Made by a program: the position numbers and the translations under genes. Shown here piece after piece: positions 1 through 9,461 of a stretch of 64,000 nt of DNA (positions within the stretch are counted from its first letter, which is position 1; the number at the start of each line of letters is the position of its first letter). The notes beneath the pieces are model-generated. The model was not told where the DNA came from and ran no database searches. It saw only the letters and a program-made list of their open reading frames with translations. Source of the stretch: a virus; the IMG/VR virus record IMGVR_UViG_3300010885_070871, positions 1 to 64,000 of that record. One strand, written 5' to 3'.

Positions 1-1727
<1,727 letters not shown>

Positions 1728-1729
1728 AA

Positions 1730-2008
1730 ATGATAAAAATTCATAAAAAATCAATATTAACAGCACTTGGACCAATTAGTATAGAAAATATACCAGATGG
1801 TCCAAAAAAAGAATTAGAGGATATTATTTCTATTACTAAATCTTTTTTCTCTTTTCCTGATTATACAATCATCTATTTTGACGATAAAGTAATATCCATC
1901 CAATGGAAAGCTAAATTTGATTCAAAGAACATTGAAGATTTAGAAAAAAGCTATAGGGATAAAATAGATTCTTTTATTAAAAAGATATACAATCCAGAAA
2001 ATAATTAA
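1730..2008 (+). CDS. hypothetical protein
   Basis: ORF; ATG at 1730, just after the upstream stop, preferred to 1685. Confidence 0.6.
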   Translation: MIKIHKKSILTALGPISIENIPDGPKKELEDIISITKSFFSFPDYTIIYFDDKVISIQWKAKFDSKNIEDLEKSYRDKIDSFIKKIYNPENN

Positions 2009-2013
2009 AAAAA

Positions 2014-3855
2014 ATGGGAAAAACGTATCAAAGTAGAGCATTTATATTTGATCATAATCCAACAGTTTTAACTGCTGGAGCTTATAATGTTGTAGAATCA
2101 GACGAGTTATTAAAATGTGATGTTAGTTCAGGCATCATCGATATAGATCTATTACCAATAGAAGAAAAATGGGATTATGAATATAAATTATATGTTATAG
2201 ATTCTATAGGAACTGCATTAACTAATAATATTACTATTTATGCTCCTGTTGGTCATTTAATTAACGGACAAAGCAGTATAACGATTAATAATAACTATGA
2301 ATCTGTTTTAATTAGAATAGTAGATTCTACTAATTACATTGCACAATTCAGTTCTTCTTCGAACTATCCTGGAATTATTAATACAACATATTCTGCTTTT
2401 GATAATTTTGTTAGTACTAATTCTTTAATCCCGGGTGCTTGGTATAGAATTTCAGATTATCAAACAGTACATTACATTTTAGAGGATCCTTCTTTACCGA
2501 TAAATACGGGACCAATTGAGCCTATTTATGTTTTTGCAATAACAGATACCTATTATGATAATAGAGTAATTTCAGAGGATTACCGTCAGGATTTAATTTA
2601 TTGGAGACACGATTCTAAAGAGATTTTAATTGATGCTGCTTTTTCTCATAATGTATTCCCAGGTCCTGGATTATCACCAGTAGATGGATTTAAAGGTAGA
2701 ATAACATATAGGAAAGATACAATAAATAATATTGAAACTTATTACGACTGGAGAGTTTTTTTATTTAGAAGATGGGCAATAGATACTACTGGTATTCCTA
2801 CATGGGATAACGTTACCGGATATCTTTCAGGCACATTAGTTTTTGATTCAGTGGATAATTGTTACTATTTAGCAATTCTTGATGTTGTTGCTAGTACATA
2901 TCAACCATACCAGCAGGGTGGATTTATTAAAGTATTAGATACAAGTAATTCTTATATTTTTCCTCAGCCATATGCCCACAGTTTCAATTTAGGAAAAACT
3001 TCTACCTTTGTAACAATTCCAGTAAAAAGCGATGACTATCAGGATTTTTTGACTATTAGTCCTAATTTTACAGTTGCTAAAAATATTAGTATAGAAGAGA
3101 GAGGAGGGTTTCCCTCTGTAGAAGGAGATAGCATTGATACCTATTATTTTACAGGTCAGCCTATAGATAATACTTCTATACCTAATATAATTCTAGTAAC
3201 GGATCTTGGTATTTCTACTGGTACTTCCAGTACTATAAACGGATTTTATTCGAAAGGTAATTCTTCTTTGTCTACCTTTTATTTTAAATATACTGGTGCT
3301 ATTGATTGTATAAACAAAAACATAGAAATAAATTCCTCAATAGGAATTCTCTTTAGCTTAGCTTATACTGGTTTGCTACCTGAACCTATTTACCCTAAAG
3401 CCAATTCTATAGAGTTTAAAAACTGTAATTCTAATATTCTAGCTTGTGATTATGTAGAATCATTTAGCTTAGATAGTTCACAATTTAACATTTTTAATTC
3501 CTCAATAATTGCATCAGATTTTAAAGAAATTACAAATACAACTTTCAGAAGTACTTTTGGTAATCCAAATGCTTCTGCTCATTCACAGTTTAATTATATT
3601 AATTCTAGTAATTATTTTGCCCAAATATCAAATTGTAAATTTAATTATATTACATCTTGTTGGTTTGGCTATTTATTTACTCAACAAGAAATATTAGCAT
3701 GTGATGCTAGTACTTGTAATTCTGAAGATTATACAGGATCAACACACATATATAATGCAACATACGATACAAAGATTATGGGTACTACAGGAGGTTCTTA
3801 TTTAATTTATATCGATGGAACTGGAACACTTCAGACGGATTTAGCTACAAATTAA
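2014..3855 (+). CDS. putative virion/fibre-associated protein with C-terminal beta-helix-like region
   Basis: 613 aa; LIPGAWYRISDYQT segment; N/S/F-rich short repeats at the C-terminus; next to the fibre gene. Confidence 0.5.
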   Translation: MGKTYQSRAFIFDHNPTVLTAGAYNVVESDELLKCDVSSGIIDIDLLPIEEKWDYEYKLYVIDSIGTALTNNITIYAPVGHLINGQSSITINNNYESVLIRIVDSTNYIAQFSSSSNYPGIINTTYSAFDNFVSTNSLIPGAWYRISDYQTVHYILEDPSLPINTGPIEPIYVFAITDTYYDNRVISEDYRQDLIYWRHDSKEILIDAAFSHNVFPGPGLSPVDGFKGRITYRKDTINNIETYYDWRVFLFRRWAIDTTGIPTWDNVTGYLSGTLVFDSVDNCYYLAILDVVASTYQPYQQGGFIKVLDTSNSYIFPQPYAHSFNLGKTSTFVTIPVKSDDYQDFLTISPNFTVAKNISIEERGGFPSVEGDSIDTYYFTGQPIDNTSIPNIILVTDLGISTGTSSTINGFYSKGNSSLSTFYFKYTGAIDCINKNIEINSSIGILFSLAYTGLLPEPIYPKANSIEFKNCNSNILACDYVESFSLDSSQFNIFNSSIIASDFKEITNTTFRSTFGNPNASAHSQFNYINSSNYFAQISNCKFNYITSCWFGYLFTQQEILACDASTCNSEDYTGSTHIYNATYDTKIMGTTGGSYLIYIDGTGTLQTDLATN

Positions 3856-3866
3856 AAGATTAATAA

Positions 3867-4403
3867 ATGACAATATCAGAAAAAAATAAAGTACTAATAA
3901 ACAGGGTTCTGGATACGATTGATTGGGATTTAATCTATAAGTTCTATAAATTGGTTGGTAGAAGTGTAGGTACAGAAACAACACAAATTCCTGGTATTAA
4001 AAAATTAGAAAAAAGTGTAAAATTAAATAAGGATCACATAAAAGAAGAGGTTAGATCTGTTATTAATCATATAGTAGAAAACGACCTCTCACAATTTATG
4101 TACGGTCCTTGGAATGTAATTTGGGTTAACGGAGAATGGGAAGCGGAATTTCCAGAAACAGACGAAAATGGAAATGAAATACAAGGAGGGGGAAGTCAAT
4201 TTATTCCAATCTTAGAATCTATATTAGAAGTTCATTTTTCTCCAATGGTTGTTATCTCTAAAGAAATGGTGCACGAGGAAGAAAAAACAGATTCAGCAAC
4301 ACAGGATCTTCAAGGACAATTGGATAAAGCACTAAAAGAAGAAAACTACGAGCTTGCTTCTAAAATCAGGGATCTGATAGATACTTATAAAAAACAAAAA
4401 TGA
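3867..4403 (+). CDS. protein with C-terminal UVR (UvrB/UvrC) coiled-coil motif
   Basis: C-terminal LQGQLDKALKEENYELASKIRDLI matches the UVR pattern (A..E.YE.A..RD.I). Confidence 0.7.
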   Translation: MTISEKNKVLINRVLDTIDWDLIYKFYKLVGRSVGTETTQIPGIKKLEKSVKLNKDHIKEEVRSVINHIVENDLSQFMYGPWNVIWVNGEWEAEFPETDENGNEIQGGGSQFIPILESILEVHFSPMVVISKEMVHEEEKTDSATQDLQGQLDKALKEENYELASKIRDLIDTYKKQK

Positions 4404-5272
4404 AAAATACTATTATAAAACCCTTAAATGAATACTTTTCACAGACACTAACTGGTGACAGTTTTAATAGCTCAAATGGAGTTTTTAAAGTTAGTTATAA
4501 AGCTTATGATGATTTATCTATAGCAGTTGGGAGAGATCCAGATCCAAGTCTTTTGGTTAAAGATTCTGCTTTTCAAATAGGTGATTTAGTCAAGGGTAAT
4601 GTAAAAGGAAGAAACAAAAAAATAGAGGGTGAAGTAATAGAAACATATAAAGAAAAAGACGGAAAATCTTATAAGATTAAAATAATGCGATCTAAGGATA
4701 ATAAAATTTATACACTTATTCCTGGATCATTAGAGTTTGTAAGCGATAGAGGTAATTCAACAACAGATATGAGACAAGGAATTACTGCAAGACAAAAGAA
4801 TGCTCAGAATTTAAAGTACACAGGTGGTAACATTGTTTGGGGATCTTTAGAAAATAATAATACAGATTATATTAATACAGACGGAGAAGGTCTAGCAGAA
4901 GGACCAATGGGAACAGGATGGAAAATAAAATTTGAAGACGAAATTCCAGCAGATCAATTAATCTTTAAAGAATTCATGATTGATCCTACAAGTCAAACAA
5001 TAACATGTAAAAGATCTGATAACCTTAAGGACTTGAAAAATAAAATAAAAGCTGTTGAGTGCTACTCATATTTAATGAATCATCCTGAAATAAAAGATGT
5101 AATTGAAGATATAAAGTGCTTAGCAAGTATTTTATTTTTAGAAATGAAGAACGAACAAGAAGCTAAGAAATTTATGATAATGAATTTCCCAGAAGCAACC
5201 GGAAAATCTTACGGAGAAGTTAGAGATAACCATTTGAAAGATTCAACAGATCTTATTAACAGATTTATTTAG
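4400..5272 (+). CDS. hypothetical protein (possible internal head protein)
   Basis: 290-aa ORF with ATGA overlap; N-terminus MKNTIIKPLNEYF resembles the shared motif. Confidence 0.6.
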   Translation: MKNTIIKPLNEYFSQTLTGDSFNSSNGVFKVSYKAYDDLSIAVGRDPDPSLLVKDSAFQIGDLVKGNVKGRNKKIEGEVIETYKEKDGKSYKIKIMRSKDNKIYTLIPGSLEFVSDRGNSTTDMRQGITARQKNAQNLKYTGGNIVWGSLENNNTDYINTDGEGLAEGPMGTGWKIKFEDEIPADQLIFKEFMIDPTSQTITCKRSDNLKDLKNKIKAVECYSYLMNHPEIKDVIEDIKCLASILFLEMKNEQEAKKFMIMNFPEATGKSYGEVRDNHLKDSTDLINRFI

Positions 5273-5279
5273 AATTAAA

Positions 5280-6074
5280 ATGTCAATAGAAAGAAAAAGA
5301 AATCTATTGAGAATCAGCAGGGAGATATCAAGAAATCCAAACTATGTTCCTCCTAGCAATTATGGTTCTTATGAATTAAAAGAAAACAATAAAGAAGAAG
5401 TTTTTAATACTCCTATGTATAGTGGAAAAAGAATAAAAACAACTATAAAAAGTAGTTACTTAGGACACAACCTAAATCCTGATTATATAGGAAAATTCAA
5501 GGGAGAAACATTTATAGTTGCTGGATGCGGAAGCTCAATAAATCTTTTTGAAGATTTTAGCAAATATTACATTGTAGGGGTAAATGATATTGAGAGAATA
5601 TTAACCCCTGATTTTTTAGTTGTAGTTAATGATATAAAGACTTTTATGAGAGGAAGATGGGATTATATCAGAGATTCACAAAGTCCAGTTATTTTTACAC
5701 ATTTAGATAAACCTGGTCCAATAACAAGAGCAGGAAATATTGCAAAGATAAAAATAGGAAAAAGAGGCGAGCCTAATTTGGATAATTTTAATGCTGTAGA
5801 TCACACTATGAATTCACCTTATATGGCGGCAATAATAGCTTACCAAATGGGTGCAAAGAAAATAGGAATGGTTGGAGTTGATTTCTCACAGAATCATTTC
5901 TTTTCAGAAACAGGAACACATAAACTCTCCAAACATTTAAAAAATATAGATCTAGAATATTCTTCTTTAAGAAATGAGTTAGAAAAAAGAGGTGTTAAGG
6001 TTGCAAATCTTTCACCTATAAGCTTATTAGAATCTTGGCCTAAAATGACTTTAGAGCAGTTTGATTCTTTGTAG
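5280..6074 (+). CDS. Maf/DUF115-like (sialyltransferase-fold) glycosyltransferase-like protein
   Basis: Motifs IVAGCGSSI, IVGVND, PDFLVV and AYQMGAKKIGMVGVDF. Confidence 0.6.
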   Translation: MSIERKRNLLRISREISRNPNYVPPSNYGSYELKENNKEEVFNTPMYSGKRIKTTIKSSYLGHNLNPDYIGKFKGETFIVAGCGSSINLFEDFSKYYIVGVNDIERILTPDFLVVVNDIKTFMRGRWDYIRDSQSPVIFTHLDKPGPITRAGNIAKIKIGKRGEPNLDNFNAVDHTMNSPYMAAIIAYQMGAKKIGMVGVDFSQNHFFSETGTHKLSKHLKNIDLEYSSLRNELEKRGVKVANLSPISLLESWPKMTLEQFDSL

Positions 6075-6101
6075 AAACTTCGCTTTATTTCTTTGATAGA
6101 A
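6074..6101 (+). promoter_or_regulatory. candidate bipartite promoter (GAAACTT-N14-GATAGAA)
   Basis: Similar spaced motif upstream of six transcription units. Confidence 0.4.
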
Positions 6102-6106
6102 ATAAT

Positions 6107-6862
6107 ATGGATAATATAAGAAACGGTATTGTGATTAGGCTTCCTGATCCTGCTTTAAGTAGAGAAGCATCTCTAGCAAGAAGAATATGTGATCAAATAA
6201 AAAGCTCATTAAACTTAGGATATAAACTTTTTGTTGTTGAGCTTTCTGAAAGAGATATAGAAAGTAATACTGAAGTTTCCTATCCTGAAAAGGAAAGATT
6301 TTTACATTTTATGGACGATCTAAATATTAGGATTGGTTTCTATATAAAAAGTAAACACTATGTTGTTTCAACAGATAAGAATTCAAAAAAGTTAGCAAAA
6401 AACGAAATACTTAAAGTTGGTAAGCTTATAGAAGAAATTGACGCAGGAAAATTCGATATACCTTTAGTTTGTCATATAGGAGGTGCTAAGGGAAATAGAA
6501 GAAAAAGTATGCTGGAATTCTGCAAATTTTTTGAGAGTGTTCCTTGGCAAATACAAAAACAGATCTGCATAGTTAACGATGAAAAACCTAGTCTTTTTTC
6601 TGTAAAGGATCTTCTTTCAGTTACTTATGTAGAAAAGAAAATTCCTATAGTTTTTAGAACTTCGTCACATAGAACTAACCAAGGAGGATTAACATATAAG
6701 GAAAGCTTTTTTCTTGCAGCTTCGACTTGGGCAGAAAGAGATAATCCAATTATGTTTTATTGTCCTTCTAATAGTGAAGAGATTATAAAAAATGAGGATC
6801 TTAATCCTTATAATTTAGTAGTTGATGTGGCTTTTGATAATAATTTACCTAATCCAGAATAA
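6107..6862 (+). CDS. UV-damage endonuclease (UvsE/UVDE)-like protein with degenerate metal ligands
   Basis: HIGG, VNDEKPSLFSVKDL, IPIVF and LAASTW follow the UvsE motif order, but the ENDD and DxHH ligands are altered. Confidence 0.6.
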   Translation: MDNIRNGIVIRLPDPALSREASLARRICDQIKSSLNLGYKLFVVELSERDIESNTEVSYPEKERFLHFMDDLNIRIGFYIKSKHYVVSTDKNSKKLAKNEILKVGKLIEEIDAGKFDIPLVCHIGGAKGNRRKSMLEFCKFFESVPWQIQKQICIVNDEKPSLFSVKDLLSVTYVEKKIPIVFRTSSHRTNQGGLTYKESFFLAASTWAERDNPIMFYCPSNSEEIIKNEDLNPYNLVVDVAFDNNLPNPE

Positions 6863-6879
6863 TTTTTTATATTTGCGAT

Positions 6880-7698
6880 ATGCCTGAATTAGCTGAAATA
6901 AAAATAATGAGCGACCATATTAACAACAAATGCTCAAATAAAAAATTTTATAAAATATGGAAAAATCCATCTCATAAATCTAAGACGGATTTATCTGAGG
7001 TTGAAAAAATTCTTTCTGAGGGAGCTTACATAAAAAGCGAATCTAGAGGAAAGGAACTAAGAATAGATTTCTATAACGAAAGTAATAACATATCTGTTTA
7101 CTTTATGATGGGTATGTCTGGTAATTTTAAGTACACAGAGCAAATTTCAGAAATTCCCAAGCATACACATTTAAAATTCTGTAGCGATCAATACGACTTG
7201 TGTATGTACGATTTAAGGAGGTTTGCTAGATGGAAAGTTGACAATAAATGGAATGAAAACAGAGGACCTTGTCCTGTTACAGAGTTTGACGATTTTTCTA
7301 AAAAAATATACAATTCTTTAGAAGGTAAAAATTTTCATAAGCCCATGTATGATTTAATCATGGACCAAGAATTTTTTAATGGAATAGGGAATTATTTAAG
7401 AGCAGAAATTTTAGGAAGAATTAACTCTAATCCTAAATCCCCTGCAAGGGATTACATAAAATCCAATCCCGAAGTAATTACTCTATGTAATAAAATACCT
7501 AAAGAGGCTTATTTATTAGGTGGTGGAAGGCTTAAAGATTGGTATAACAACGAGGATATTCTAGATAAAGGAATGGACTTTAGATCATGGATGAAATTTT
7601 ACGGGGTTAGAGAAAAATGTTTTCCTTTAAAGGATTCCAAAAAAAGAACTTTTTGGATTGATAAAAAATGGGTAGAAGCTAACTACCAACCAACGTAA
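6880..7698 (+). CDS. nei: Fpg/Nei DNA glycosylase, NEIL1-type
   Basis: N-terminal MPELAE catalytic motif, RGKEL, GMSG, DLRRF and H2TH motif DQEFFNGIGNYLRAEIL; no Cys4 zinc finger. Confidence 0.9.
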   Translation: MPELAEIKIMSDHINNKCSNKKFYKIWKNPSHKSKTDLSEVEKILSEGAYIKSESRGKELRIDFYNESNNISVYFMMGMSGNFKYTEQISEIPKHTHLKFCSDQYDLCMYDLRRFARWKVDNKWNENRGPCPVTEFDDFSKKIYNSLEGKNFHKPMYDLIMDQEFFNGIGNYLRAEILGRINSNPKSPARDYIKSNPEVITLCNKIPKEAYLLGGGRLKDWYNNEDILDKGMDFRSWMKFYGVREKCFPLKDSKKRTFWIDKKWVEANYQPT

Positions 7699-7949
7699 CC
7701 TTTTGGTTTTCTTTTATTTTCTATTGAGGTAGAAGCTTTACTACTAGCTCCAATTAAATCATCTATAGTTTTTACAAAGTATCTAGTTTGTCCAGGCATT
7801 CCCCAATCTCCCTGTGTACCCCAATCTATGAAATCATAATTTGTTAAATGCTTTTTTTCAGGCGGGCCATAATTAATTTTTCCTCCTTTTTTTGAAGCTT
7901 TTTCAAATTCACGTCTAGAATTAATATTCTTATAACCGTATTTTTCCAT
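7683..7949 (-). CDS. hypothetical protein
   Basis: 88-aa ORF with GATATATA on the minus strand 6 nt upstream (7956-7963). Confidence 0.6.
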   Translation of the reverse strand: MEKYGYKNINSRREFEKASKKGGKINYGPPEKKHLTNYDFIDWGTQGDWGMPGQTRYFVKTIDDLIGASSKASTSIENKRKPKGYVGW

Positions 7950-7963
7950 ATTAATTATATATC

Positions 7964-8662
7964 ATGATACCAAAAAATTTAACAGACAACACAGTTTATT
8001 TCGACATAGAAACATCTGGATTATACAATACTCTTAAAGATCTTAAGGATAACGATCCACACTTATCAGATCTTTGGGTTAAAAGATGTAAGTGGTTACA
8101 AAAAAATATTGAACCTGGTGAATCTTCAGATCCAGAAGATTTATGGATGAATAGATCATCACTGCATCCTGAATTCGGTAGAATTGTTTGTGTGAGCTTT
8201 GGTTTTTTTACTCCTGAGGGAACAGAGAAAATCGTGAGTTTTCATGGAGAAGACGAAAAAGATATTTTAGAAAAAACCAATAAAATCCTAGCAAACACTA
8301 GATCAAAGGGATATAAACTAGGAGGACAGAATATTAAAAATTTTGATATACCTTTTCTCGGAAAAAGAATGCTTATTAATTCAATAACACCAGATCCTAT
8401 TATCCAGACATGGAATAAAAAACCATGGGAAACATCTTTTATAGATTTGGGTGAAATATTTGCTTTTGGTGCTTGGGGACAAACATTTTCATCTTTAGAT
8501 TTAATATCACATGTTTTAGGAGTTCCAACTTCCAAAGACAATCTAGAAGGTTCTAAAGTACACAATTCTTTTTGGGTAAAAAAAGCTTTTGAAGAAATAA
8601 AAGACTATTGTGAAAAGGATGTCTTATGTACAATGAATTGCTTTAAAAAGATCTCCTCGTAG
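7964..8662 (+). CDS. DEDD 3'-5' exonuclease (PolB-exonuclease-like)
   Basis: ExoI FDIET, ExoII NIKNFDIPFL and ExoIII YCEKDV motifs. Confidence 0.85.
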   Translation: MIPKNLTDNTVYFDIETSGLYNTLKDLKDNDPHLSDLWVKRCKWLQKNIEPGESSDPEDLWMNRSSLHPEFGRIVCVSFGFFTPEGTEKIVSFHGEDEKDILEKTNKILANTRSKGYKLGGQNIKNFDIPFLGKRMLINSITPDPIIQTWNKKPWETSFIDLGEIFAFGAWGQTFSSLDLISHVLGVPTSKDNLEGSKVHNSFWVKKAFEEIKDYCEKDVLCTMNCFKKISS

Positions 8663-8705
8663 AATATATTTAGAAAAACTGGATATATAAAAAAAATATT
8701 CCAGT

Positions 8706-9461
8706 TTGAAAAATATTTTAAATTTTTATTCTTTCGTAAACGAGCAAGAGCACAGAAACGATTTCTATAAAAATGAATTAAATAATTCATTTTGGAAGGG
8801 TGATTCTTTTGATCCTCAGATAAGAGAAAAGCTAATAAAAATAGCAGAGGATTTTTATAACTCTTTAAATCTAAATGTTCCTATAAGTGATATCCAATTA
8901 ACAGGATCTCTTGCAAATTATAACTGGACAGATAAATCTGATCTAGACGTCCACATATTAGTAGATTTTAGTAAAATAGATGACAATGTAGATCTTGTAA
9001 AAAAATCCTTAGATGGGATGAGATTTATATGGAATCTAAGACATAAAGTTATTCTAAGAGGACATGATGTTGAGGTTTATATACAGGACATAGAATTTCC
9101 CCATACCGCTTCTGGCTTATTTTCTTTAATGAATAATAAGTGGATAAGAGTACCTAAATATAATCTACCAGAAATAGATTACAATGACGTAGACAAAAAA
9201 TTCGACGGAATAGTTTCTGAGATATTAGAAATGGAAAATCTAATAAATTCCACTAATTTCTCATCAGTTTCAGAGGAAGAGATATACCAGCATGCAGTTA
9301 AGCTAAAATCTAAGATAATGAAAATGAGAACTGAAGGTCTTGCAAGAGAAGGAGAATTTTCAGTTGAAAACTTAGTGTTTAAAAAATTAAGAAATGAAGG
9401 ATATATACAAAAGATAATAGAATTAATTTCTAAAGCATATACAAATATATACAATGAATAA
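8706..9461 (+). CDS. DNA polymerase beta-superfamily nucleotidyltransferase
   Basis: TGSLANYNW..SDLDVH (hGS...DxD) and a downstream DVEVY acidic residue; TTG start. Confidence 0.8.
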   Translation: MKNILNFYSFVNEQEHRNDFYKNELNNSFWKGDSFDPQIREKLIKIAEDFYNSLNLNVPISDIQLTGSLANYNWTDKSDLDVHILVDFSKIDDNVDLVKKSLDGMRFIWNLRHKVILRGHDVEVYIQDIEFPHTASGLFSLMNNKWIRVPKYNLPEIDYNDVDKKFDGIVSEILEMENLINSTNFSSVSEEEIYQHAVKLKSKIMKMRTEGLAREGEFSVENLVFKKLRNEGYIQKIIELISKAYTNIYNE

